Origin: an uncultured Pseudomonadales bacterium | GTDB lineage: Bacteria; Patescibacteriota; Microgenomatia; UBA1400; UBA12108 | Direction of reading: 5' to 3' | Assembly: GCA_964397885.1 (NCBI GenBank) | Contig: CAYNKT010000002.1 | Location: 1-35,519, forward strand | DNA: 35,519 bases | The notes under the pieces: model-generated | The model's input: only the letters and a program-made list of their open reading frames with translations | What the model was told of the DNA's origin: nothing | Databases searched by the model: none | Program-made: the position numbers and the translations under genes | In this document: positions 1-8,139 of the stretch, piece after piece | Layout of the letters: each line of letters begins with the position of its first letter | Numbering within the stretch: the first letter of the stretch is position 1

Positions 1-1065
1 CCAGGGTTTTATTATTCGCAGACGGATCCAAGGTGGGGAGACCAAGAATATGACAGGGCAACAGAGTGGGCGGGTGAGGCAGGGACTGATATCGGCAGGT
101 GGGGATGTGCCCTAACAAGCGCGGCAATGGTACTCAAAAAGAACGAGGTAAAAGCGCCTGATGGATCAGAGCTTACTCCTCTCAAGTTAAACGAGTGGCT
201 AAAGGCGGAACCTGATGGATATATAGGCAGCGGCCACCTTAACTGGATTGCCGTTACTAGACTAGTACGCACGAGTAAACTAGCCGGACAATCACCCACA
301 ACGCTCGAATTTGTCCGAGAACCTGGAACCGCTGAAATTATCGATACTCGACTTGCAGAAAGCCTCATGCCGATACTCAATCTATCGGGGCATTTTGCGG
401 TAGTACATAGCGAAACCGATCCACTAAACTGGGGACTGGCAGATCCACTTGACGAGACTAACACCGCTCTATCTAAAACTACTGCCGTTTCCTCAAACAA
501 TCTATTTATTCCATCAGAAACAGACTTGGCTTATATCATGATGGTGGCAGACCCTGCGACAACGCTTGCGCTACTTGATGCAAGTGGAGCCCCGCAGGGA
601 GCTACTTATCACGAGTCTCTAGCTGCAAGCGGTGGCGAGAGCGCGGGCGAGATAAATGTCCTTTACTACCCCAAACCTCAGAGCGGCAAGTACTATTTTG
701 AGGCCATGTCAGATACAACAATATACCTCTATGATGGCAGTGGGAATGTCGAGATATCTCAGCTGCCACCCGGGCACTACACGATCGACTATGACCATGA
801 GAAGGTGAGTAAGAGTAAGGTGAAAAAAGAGAGTTTTCGCGAGCTTGTGTGGAGGCTTTTTCGTGCCAAGCAAATAAAAAAATACGCGACTGCGTACAAG
901 ATTGCGACTCGCTACAACATAGCTCAAGAATTAAATAGACCCTTTACTCAGAAAACATATAAGCGGATTATCAAAAGTCTAGGCGAGTATATTGCTAGAC
1001 AAAATGACAAACAGATAAGTAAAGCCGCTAAAGACCTACTCCTACAGTATTTGCAAGACAACTAA
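1..1065 (+). CDS. C39-like (papain-fold) cysteine peptidase domain protein, 5'-partial; the reading frame is open from base 1
   Basis: Frame 1 has no stop between nt 1 and the first ATG at 127. The upstream translation is PGFYYSQTDPRWGDQEYD...IGRWGCALTSAAMVL, and GHFAVVH follows about 90 aa later. This matches the Peptidase_C39_2-type pattern (YSQ.D.RW ... GC..TS.AM ... H.VVV) with candidate catalytic Cys and His. The C-terminal ~170 aa have no recognisable family. Confidence 0.55.
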   Translation, partial: PGFYYSQTDPRWGDQEYDRATEWAGEAGTDIGRWGCALTSAAMVLKKNEVKAPDGSELTPLKLNEWLKAEPDGYIGSGHLNWIAVTRLVRTSKLAGQSPTTLEFVREPGTAEIIDTRLAESLMPILNLSGHFAVVHSETDPLNWGLADPLDETNTALSKTTAVSSNNLFIPSETDLAYIMMVADPATTLALLDASGAPQGATYHESLAASGGESAGEINVLYYPKPQSGKYYFEAMSDTTIYLYDGSGNVEISQLPPGHYTIDYDHEKVSKSKVKKESFRELVWRLFRAKQIKKYATAYKIATRYNIAQELNRPFTQKTYKRIIKSLGEYIARQNDKQISKAAKDLLLQYLQDN

Positions 1066-1066
1066 C

Positions 1067-3019
1067 CTACCCTGCTCCCCCTCCACCACCACCGCCTCCT
1101 CCTCCCCCTCCCCCGGATGATCCCCCCGAGCTCCCTACCCCACTCGCGCCGTAGCTAGTTGAAGCGGCTGTTGCAACTGAGTTAAGTGCGTCGCCGACGG
1201 CGCTAAAGGAAAGCGAGATATCCCGGGGTGTGTAGTTGTGAGAGCTACCCCCTCCCCAATAGAGGGCTGCAGCGGAAGCGTCGCCCGAGGAAAACTGGAC
1301 AGGAAGAGCGGCAAGAGCTTTGACGGAGATGCCAAGCAGCGTGCCATATACCAGATATTTTTCCCAGAGAATGACCGAGTCGATGGGGTATTTTTTGGTT
1401 ATCGAGTATTCTTTGAGATGTTTCTTAAAAGCGAGCCAGGAGGCTGTTTCTTGTAATCCTTTATCGGTACGCTTTTCGCCGCGGGACTTAAGAACAATCC
1501 CGACTACAATGCCTAGAACACTAAGCATTACTGCGAGAGTCGTAAGGAGGGTGGCAAGGGGAGCGAGCGTGGGTGCGCGCATAATTACGAGCGGGAGCGC
1601 AATACTCAAGTTAAGAAAACTAGCTATCACGATCAAGATCGAGAATAAGAGGTAGGTGAATTTTTGATTTTGCGCGTGAGAGGCACTATCAAAATAACCA
1701 CCTTGGAGATTGGCAGCTAGTACTACCTGCTTAAAGTTATCCAAAAATGGTTTGCCAGCAGAGGGATGCGACTTGAACCACTCTGTGATACGGGTAAGGG
1801 CGATCGCAGGCTGCTCTTTGCCCTCTAAAATCTCATTCTTGGCATGTACTTTGTTAAGTAAAAAATCGTAGATATATTGTTTGGACGTGGTCAGTTTTTT
1901 GGTCGAGCTTGTGGGCACAAGGTAGTACAAATATTTTTTGACAATAAATCCCTTTTTCTGATTACTACGAACAATCCGAAAATGACGGGAGAGCACGAGA
2001 CTAAGGATCGTGGCAGTAAAAGCATGAGTCGACAAGTTGTCGCTACCTGCAATGAGCTGTTCGACCTGCCCGGGATCAAGGTCGCTTGGAGGATCCCACA
2101 AACGCCCTGCGAGATTGACCTCAGGGAGTTTTTTGTCTTTGCCGTAACGCCAAAATGACTTGAGTTGTTGGTACAACGCTAATACTGCAAGGATAAGTAA
2201 AACTCCCGAGCCGGCAATCTGAAGGAGGGCTAGTACTCTGCCAGATTGCTGTTTGTCCTTAGTTTCTTTGATAAAACTCTCTTCTTCTTGAACGATATTA
2301 TCCCGATTGGACAAGCCAGTTGCGCCAGCTTGAAAAATGGTCCGGGGCAAAAGTACCCTACCCTCAAAAAAATGTCCAGACTGAACTGAGGGGGTAGTAA
2401 ACTCGACATGCGTTGCGGTAGGTATCGCAACGCGACCGGAGAGAGGCCCATGAGCCCACGCCTGAATGTCCCCGCTAGAATCTGGAGTGGTGAGCGCGAC
2501 ACTAATCCCTCCATGACCCACCTCCCAGTCCTCCCCAAGCCACTGCCAGTATAGCTCGGCTGTATCTTGGTGAAGAGTCACAGCGTTATCGACCTGGTAA
2601 CTCAAGATAAAGGTACGGTTCTCCGAGCTTGCCCGGTAAAACCATTTGAGATAGTACTGATCGTTTTTCTCGAGAGCGTAGTAGGTGCCCTCGGGTCTGC
2701 TGTCGTCTGCTCCCGTAATCTCGGAGGGAGTGAGCTCGCGGTAACAGTCGTCAAGTTCACAGATCTCGATATGGCTTAGGTTGTATGGCTCGGAGCGCCC
2801 TTCATAGCTAGTAACTCTGTTTATATATTGGTAGGCAAATGTGTAGTCACCATCAAAACTGTAGTTTCTCTCCTCCCGCACTAGCATCGAGCCATCGGGC
2901 TGTAGAGTGGCGGTTATATCAAGACTAGGAATGGTGTATGACTTGGCAAAAGCAAGGGTAGGAGTAAAGAGAGAGATGAGCAATGAGGCGAGAAGAACGA
3001 ACATAACATTATTATACAT
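1067..3019 (-). CDS. DUF2207-family membrane protein with C-terminal Gly/Ser-rich tail
   Basis: It has an N-terminal signal peptide (MFVLLASLLISLFTPTLAFA) and a DUF2207-like beta-rich ectodomain (YTIPSLDITATLQPDGSMLVREERNYSFDGDY). Several TM helices follow, and the protein ends in GSSGGSSGGGGGGGGGGGGGAG. Confidence 0.7.
   Translation of the reverse strand: MYNNVMFVLLASLLISLFTPTLAFAKSYTIPSLDITATLQPDGSMLVREERNYSFDGDYTFAYQYINRVTSYEGRSEPYNLSHIEICELDDCYRELTPSEITGADDSRPEGTYYALEKNDQYYLKWFYRASSENRTFILSYQVDNAVTLHQDTAELYWQWLGEDWEVGHGGISVALTTPDSSGDIQAWAHGPLSGRVAIPTATHVEFTTPSVQSGHFFEGRVLLPRTIFQAGATGLSNRDNIVQEEESFIKETKDKQQSGRVLALLQIAGSGVLLILAVLALYQQLKSFWRYGKDKKLPEVNLAGRLWDPPSDLDPGQVEQLIAGSDNLSTHAFTATILSLVLSRHFRIVRSNQKKGFIVKKYLYYLVPTSSTKKLTTSKQYIYDFLLNKVHAKNEILEGKEQPAIALTRITEWFKSHPSAGKPFLDNFKQVVLAANLQGGYFDSASHAQNQKFTYLLFSILIVIASFLNLSIALPLVIMRAPTLAPLATLLTTLAVMLSVLGIVVGIVLKSRGEKRTDKGLQETASWLAFKKHLKEYSITKKYPIDSVILWEKYLVYGTLLGISVKALAALPVQFSSGDASAAALYWGGGSSHNYTPRDISLSFSAVGDALNSVATAASTSYGASGVGSSGGSSGGGGGGGGGGGGGAG
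1070..1135 (-). repeat. Low-complexity Gly-codon tract (polypyrimidine on + strand) encoding a run of 13 Gly
   Basis: Plus-strand positions 1076-1114 read (N)CC x13 (tcc ccc tcc acc acc acc gcc tcc tcc tcc ccc tcc ccc). The stretch is almost pure C/T. Confidence 0.8.
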
Positions 3020-3073
3020 GTGCCGTGTTTATTCATTGTTATTACGACTAAGATCGCGATATACTAGGGCGAC

Positions 3074-3871
3074 ATGAAAAAGCGAATGGTCCCCCAGCAA
3101 GTTTATACAGAAAAATATTTTGAGGCAGATTGCGGAGGATACGAGGAGTGGATCGAGAGTAGCGGACAAAAGTTGCCAGTACGTTTGCAAGCTGCGTTTG
3201 ACCTGGTCCCACTGAGACGAGGAATGAAGATAATTGACTGGGGATGCGGACGAGGAGAGCTATGTTACCACGCTGCTGTACGAGGTGCCGATGTTTTGGG
3301 GCTAGACTACTCAAAGGCAGCGATTAACTTGACTAAAAAACTCCCCAAACCCAAGCGGGGTAAAATGAAGTTTGAGCTAGTATCTAACCTCAAGATCCCG
3401 GCCCCTGACAAATCAATTGACCGGATATTTTTTATTGATGTCATAGAGCACTTGTATCCTGAACAAGTAAAAGAGGTGATCGGTGAGTTTTACCGAGTGC
3501 TCAAGCGAGGCGGTAAACTAATACTTCATACGGCACCCAACCGGGATTACTACGACAAAGGTTACCGGTACTGGACCAGAAGAGCACACGCTCTAGCTAA
3601 TCCAATGTGGAGAGTGGTGTTTCGGGAGACTCTTAGGAGTGACAAAAACCCTAGATTTGGCTACGACAAGGATGTCCATATCAACGAGTGTAGTCTCTCT
3701 GACGTTGTCATGTATTTACAGGACTCTGGACTCAAGTCGGATGTGTGGTATGACTCATCTTTTCGACGGGTGAGGCTGAGAGACAAGCTGCGATATGCAG
3801 TCTTCCAGCCGCAGATCGGACCGATGAAAAAATGGTTTTCGGAAGACATCTGGGCGGTAGGGACTAAGTAG
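3074..3871 (+). CDS. Class I SAM-dependent methyltransferase
   Basis: Motif I is MKIIDWGCGRGEL, the acidic post-I residue lies in VLGLDYS, and motifs II/III are DRIFFIDVIEHL and VLKRGGKLIL. Confidence 0.75.
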   Translation: MKKRMVPQQVYTEKYFEADCGGYEEWIESSGQKLPVRLQAAFDLVPLRRGMKIIDWGCGRGELCYHAAVRGADVLGLDYSKAAINLTKKLPKPKRGKMKFELVSNLKIPAPDKSIDRIFFIDVIEHLYPEQVKEVIGEFYRVLKRGGKLILHTAPNRDYYDKGYRYWTRRAHALANPMWRVVFRETLRSDKNPRFGYDKDVHINECSLSDVVMYLQDSGLKSDVWYDSSFRRVRLRDKLRYAVFQPQIGPMKKWFSEDIWAVGTK

Positions 3872-4825
3872 AATTTTTTCGACTGCTTGGGCGATAGCTT
3901 GTTTGCTTGCGTCGACCAAATACCCTGTTTGGCCATCACGAATTGTCTCGTCAAATCCGCCACCATGAGTTGCAACAACCGGGGTACCACAGGCTATGGA
4001 CTCGACAGCCGAGAGCCCAAACGGCTCGCGTAGCGAAGTTGCTAGGGTAAGCTTTGACTCCTGATAAAGACGCACCAGGCGAGGGAGAGAGATCCCGACC
4101 AGGTTTTGGACTACGACGGCACGGCTCCTAGCATAAGCCAATAGCTCTCTTGAAACGGGGGTTTTGGGCGAGACGATAACTAGAGTGGGACGAAGAGATT
4201 TTTGGACAAGTGCGAGCGCGTCAAGCGCTAGCCTCAGGCGTTTTTGCGGCTCATCGTTACCGACAATAACTACCTGGCGCTTTTTGACAACTCGCCGAGC
4301 ACGAAAGATTTTGCGGTCAATATCTGGATAAATAACTGAGGCGCCCTGCCCATATACCCTACTAATTACTCTTTTGGTGTACCTGGAGTTAGCAATAATT
4401 TGGGTTGCGAAAGAAGCGCTCTTTATTTCTACCCGCTTTTTGACAAAACGGAGGAGTCTTTCGTACCAGCGATTAAGAAGTGGCCAGCCTGGATCGATGT
4501 CTAGCTCTTGCTCAAAAAAGGCGCGGGTGGGCTCGTGACAGTAAAACAAGGATGAGGTCGTGAGATACCGGAGAATACTGGGTGCCTGATAGTACTGGTC
4601 GTGAGTCACGTAGACGAGATCATACTGAGAAAGATCCCTAGCTAGAGCACGGCAAGCTAGGGGGTAGACAAACAGACAATATAGATCGTTTAGAACACGG
4701 GGTAGCTTGATATACGGGCGAGTAAAAACACTAACTGAGTGCGATTTTTGGAGATCGCGGATAACCGAACGGGTGTGAACAAGTGCGCCACCCTCTGGGA
4801 GACCAAAGTACACGGCAATTTTCAC
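3755..4825 (-). CDS. Glycosyltransferase, GT4 (GT-B fold) family
   Basis: The N-terminus is MKIAVYFGLPEGGALVH. The C-terminal EX7E region is REPFGLSAVESIACGTPVVATHGGGFDETI..GQTGYLV. The start overlaps the flippase stop by 4 nt. Confidence 0.8.
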   Translation of the reverse strand: MKIAVYFGLPEGGALVHTRSVIRDLQKSHSVSVFTRPYIKLPRVLNDLYCLFVYPLACRALARDLSQYDLVYVTHDQYYQAPSILRYLTTSSLFYCHEPTRAFFEQELDIDPGWPLLNRWYERLLRFVKKRVEIKSASFATQIIANSRYTKRVISRVYGQGASVIYPDIDRKIFRARRVVKKRQVVIVGNDEPQKRLRLALDALALVQKSLRPTLVIVSPKTPVSRELLAYARSRAVVVQNLVGISLPRLVRLYQESKLTLATSLREPFGLSAVESIACGTPVVATHGGGFDETIRDGQTGYLVDASKQAIAQAVEKILLSPYRPDVFRKPFFHRSDLRLEDCISQLVSQPHPSKR

Positions 4826-6042
4826 TTGAGCCTCCGCCAGACTAGATAGAGAAAGGGTGGAGTGTTGACAAGGCTCGCAATAGTCGCGGCGTAGGCAGGA
4901 CCTAGTGGACCGTACTTGGGAGTCAGATATATGAGAAAGAGCAGCTCGACAACTACGGTTGTGACGGCAAAGAACGAGGGTAGTGCGGGGAAGCCCAGAC
5001 CGTTAATTAGCATGCTGGGTACGACGGTTAAGCCAGACGAAACAAAGTAGATGAGCAAGATTGAAAAAATTTGGTAGGTGGCAAGGGCGACCGAGTGGTC
5101 ACCCAGCCACCAAACAAGCAGTGGGAGACCGAGATAACGATTAATAACAATTCCCCCAAGCGCAATAACCAGAATAAAAGACTCGGCGAGTAAAAAGATT
5201 TTTTTGATACGGGGGGTTTCATGGCTTGCAGACAGTGCCGAGGCAGCGGGGAAAAGGGCTTTGACAGAGGTAATGATCGCTCCGCTAAGTTTGGCGACTA
5301 GTGACTGAGCAATACCTAGGGGCGTGACGGCGGAGGCGGAGATCAGGCGGCTAACAAAAAATTTGCCAGCGTATGACTGAATCTGCCCTGTGACCTGCGT
5401 TACCCAGCTGGTGAGCCCATATTTGAGCAGCTTGGTTAGACTGGTTTTTGATGGACGAGGGAGAGTCTGATACCAAGATCGGTAGTAATAAACGGAAAGG
5501 ACAATCGTGAGTAAATGTGCTGCTACTTGGAGCCAGAGGGCGGATACGATGACCGGAGAGAGGGAGAGTATAAGGGCGGCTAAGAGAGTAGCAGAAGTTC
5601 CAACTATGACGGTGCGAGTGTTGTAAAACAAGTAATTTTGAGTAACTTGGGCAGGAAGTAAAAAAACTTCGGAGAGAATAGTCACAAAGGTCAAAGCCAT
5701 GACTGGGAGCGCGAGGCCTGGCAGGCCAAATATATGACTGACTACGAAAAAGCTGACTACGGCAAGCACGAGACTCCCCGTGAGAAGCGCCGCAAGCGAA
5801 GTCGACCAAGATTGCTTGTCTGACGGGTTGCGAGAAAGATAAAAGATCGTGGCGCTAACCAAACCTAGGTCAAAGACAGATAACAAGATAGGTAAGCCAA
5901 CAAGTAGAAGGTACTCCCCCATTTGCGCAGTACCGAGAGAATGAAGAATCGAGGGAATTGCGATAAAGCTCGCAACGAAAAGATAGGCGTAACCTGCTAG
6001 GTTGAGCCCAGTGTTTGTGACAAGCCTCTTGTTGATAGACAT
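4822..6042 (-). CDS. Polysaccharide/oligosaccharide flippase (MOP superfamily, Wzx-like)
   Basis: The 406-aa product is hydrophobic throughout (about 12 predicted TM helices). It has a polysaccharide-biosynthesis-protein-like N-terminus (NKRLVTNTGLNLAGYAYLFVASFIAIP) and is co-oriented and coupled with the GT4 gene. Confidence 0.65.
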   Translation of the reverse strand: MSINKRLVTNTGLNLAGYAYLFVASFIAIPSILHSLGTAQMGEYLLLVGLPILLSVFDLGLVSATIFYLSRNPSDKQSWSTSLAALLTGSLVLAVVSFFVVSHIFGLPGLALPVMALTFVTILSEVFLLPAQVTQNYLFYNTRTVIVGTSATLLAALILSLSPVIVSALWLQVAAHLLTIVLSVYYYRSWYQTLPRPSKTSLTKLLKYGLTSWVTQVTGQIQSYAGKFFVSRLISASAVTPLGIAQSLVAKLSGAIITSVKALFPAASALSASHETPRIKKIFLLAESFILVIALGGIVINRYLGLPLLVWWLGDHSVALATYQIFSILLIYFVSSGLTVVPSMLINGLGFPALPSFFAVTTVVVELLFLIYLTPKYGPLGPAYAATIASLVNTPPFLYLVWRRLK

Positions 6043-6075
6043 GAGGCTATTATACTGGTAACGAGGCGTAACCAG

Positions 6076-7245
6076 TTAATCGACAAAAGTGAGGGCGGTG
6101 CCGACACCACCTGCCCGGCCAGTGCGTCCGATACGGTGGATATAGTCGTCGTAAGTTTCGGGCAACTCGTAGTTAATGACGTGAGTGACGTTATCGATGT
6201 CGATACCTCTAGCGGCAACGTCGGTCGCAAGGAGTACTTTGACCTCGTTGTTTTGGAAAGCTCGCAAGGCCCTCTGTCTTTGACTCTGGCTTTTGTTGCC
6301 GTGGATCGCGGTCGCGCTAAAGCCACGGTCGCAGAGAACTCGGGAGAGTTTTTCCATGCCGTGCTTGGTGCGACCAAAGACCAAGACTTTGTCAAACCCG
6401 GGGCTAATCAAGAGGTCATGGAGAACATCGACTTTGTTTTTGCCAGCCAGTCTCACAATATCCTGGTTGACATTTTCACTAGCTCGCTGCGACTCAGCCT
6501 GGAATGTCACAGGGTTAGTGAGCAAGCCCGCAGCGACTGCTCGAGCTTTGTCTGACATGGTCGCAGAAAAGAAGAGTGAGTGACGAGGTAAGGGTAACTT
6601 GCTAATAATGTTTTCAATTTCGTGCACAAATCCCATGTCTAGCATCCGGTCGACTTCGTCGAGGACGATAGTCCTGTAGTTGGCAAGATAGAGGGAGCGA
6701 CGCTCGACAAGGTCTTTGATTCTGCCTGGCGTTCCTACCACAAACTGTGGGTTGCGCGAGAGCTCTCTCATCTGCCTACGGATATCTACGCCACCGATAA
6801 TGAGAGTAAAGAAAGCTCTAAGCCCGCGTGAGTATAACCTGCCCTCATCAATAATCTGGACTGCTAACTCGCGGGTCGGGGTAATAATAATGACTTTTTC
6901 CTGAGGATTACTAACTACTTTGTGAATAAGAGGGAGTAAGAATGCGGCGGTTTTGCCGGTGCCGGTCGCGGCGAGGCCGATGACATCGCGGCCTTCCATA
7001 ATAGCCCCTATTGCCTGATCCTGGATGGGAGTTGGAGTGGTGTAACCTTTGCTTGTCACGTTACTCATGATTTGTGGCAAAAGACCAAAGTCCGAAAAGC
7101 GGTGACCCGCCTGATAGTCCAGTGCCTTTTGTGGCTCGGCACGTTTAATGAGCATCTGGGGATCGACCCGCATGTATTTGATACGGTTGCCAGAACTACG
7201 TCCAGGAGGACGATTACCACGAAATGAACGTCTTTGATAAGACAT
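6076..7245 (-). CDS. DEAD-box ATP-dependent RNA helicase (core only, RG-rich N-terminal tail)
   Basis: Q motif GYTTPTPIQ, motif I AATGTGKT, motif Ia PTRELA, motif II DEVD (a DEAD variant), motif III SAT and motif VI HRIGRTGRAG. The protein ends 11 aa after motif VI. Confidence 0.9.
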   Translation of the reverse strand: MSYQRRSFRGNRPPGRSSGNRIKYMRVDPQMLIKRAEPQKALDYQAGHRFSDFGLLPQIMSNVTSKGYTTPTPIQDQAIGAIMEGRDVIGLAATGTGKTAAFLLPLIHKVVSNPQEKVIIITPTRELAVQIIDEGRLYSRGLRAFFTLIIGGVDIRRQMRELSRNPQFVVGTPGRIKDLVERRSLYLANYRTIVLDEVDRMLDMGFVHEIENIISKLPLPRHSLFFSATMSDKARAVAAGLLTNPVTFQAESQRASENVNQDIVRLAGKNKVDVLHDLLISPGFDKVLVFGRTKHGMEKLSRVLCDRGFSATAIHGNKSQSQRQRALRAFQNNEVKVLLATDVAARGIDIDNVTHVINYELPETYDDYIHRIGRTGRAGGVGTALTFVD

Positions 7246-7397
7246 ATTTGACCTTTTAGCAGCTTTTTAGAGAAGATCCCAAACCTATTCGTTACTTTAA
7301 GTCCAAAATCTATAGTCTAAATGCAGTTACTTGTATTTAGTATGACAGTATCGTATCACACATCCACGAAATATCAAGTTATAGGGTAATTGTGAGG

Positions 7398-7471
7398 TGC
7401 TCCCTTCTGGACTCGAACCAGAGGCCTCACGAATGTGAATCGTGCGCTCTAACCAGCTGAGCTAAGGGAGC
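7398..7471 (-). tRNA. tRNA-Val (anticodon CAC)
   Basis: The reverse complement folds as a cloverleaf: GCTCCCT-TA-GCTC-AGCTGGTTA-GAGC-G-CACGA-TTCACAT-TCGTG-AGGCC-TCTGG-TTCGAGT-CCAGA-AGGGAGC-A. The anticodon loop is TT-CAC-AT. The 3' flank reads CCT, so a full CCA is not encoded. Confidence 0.9.
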
Positions 7472-7514
7472 GTTATCGCTTGCACTATTTTACCATGCAG
7501 GGTAGACTTAATGC

Positions 7515-8111
7515 ATGTGGTTTTTGCGTCAAGTTTGGGCATTTATTCTGGACTTTATCGAAACGATTGTGGTGTCACTCGCTATTTTTGCGGTTGTCTA
7601 CCTTTTTCTTTTCCAGCCACATCAGGTGGACGGCCGAAGCATGGAGCCCAACTTTCACGACAAAGAGTACATATTGACTGACAAGATTTCTTATCGGTTT
7701 GGCGAGCCCAAGCGGAGTGATGTCGTGGTATTCCACTCCCCTCAGGACGAGCGGGTCGACTTTATTAAGCGGATAATCGGGGTGCCGGGAGACTCACTAC
7801 AAATCAAGGGCGGATATCTATACATAAACGGAACTAAAATTGAAGAAAATTACATCAATGACCCTGGACAAGTCGCACAAGGTAGGTTCTTAAAAGAAGG
7901 AGCTAAAGTTGATGTGCCAGCAGGCCAGTTTTTTGTGATGGGAGATAACCGACTGCATTCTTCGGATTCACGAGAGTGGGGGTTTGTCACCCGAGACGAG
8001 ATAGTGGGGAGGGCGTTTTTCCGCTATTGGCCGGTTGCCCAGTTTGGGGTACTACAAACGACAGAAGAAGACTTGACGGTGGGGGCGGTACAGGGAGCGG
8101 TTGCGAATTAG
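7515..8111 (+). CDS. lepB: Signal peptidase I
   Basis: An N-terminal TM helix is followed by the catalytic Ser box GRSMEPNF, the Lys box DFIKRIIGVPGD and the GDNRLHSSDSREWGFV box. Confidence 0.9.
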   Translation: MWFLRQVWAFILDFIETIVVSLAIFAVVYLFLFQPHQVDGRSMEPNFHDKEYILTDKISYRFGEPKRSDVVVFHSPQDERVDFIKRIIGVPGDSLQIKGGYLYINGTKIEENYINDPGQVAQGRFLKEGAKVDVPAGQFFVMGDNRLHSSDSREWGFVTRDEIVGRAFFRYWPVAQFGVLQTTEEDLTVGAVQGAVAN

Positions 8112-8139
8112 TCAGCTAGTAATTTAGTCAGATAGTCAT

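Noticed and set aside
12-500. 162-aa minus-strand ORF at the left edge
   Set aside because: It lies antisense to the plus-strand frame that carries the recognisable C39-like peptidase motifs (GCALTS, GHFAVVH). Its Ser/Pro/Leu-rich sequence has no motif and looks like a shadow ORF.
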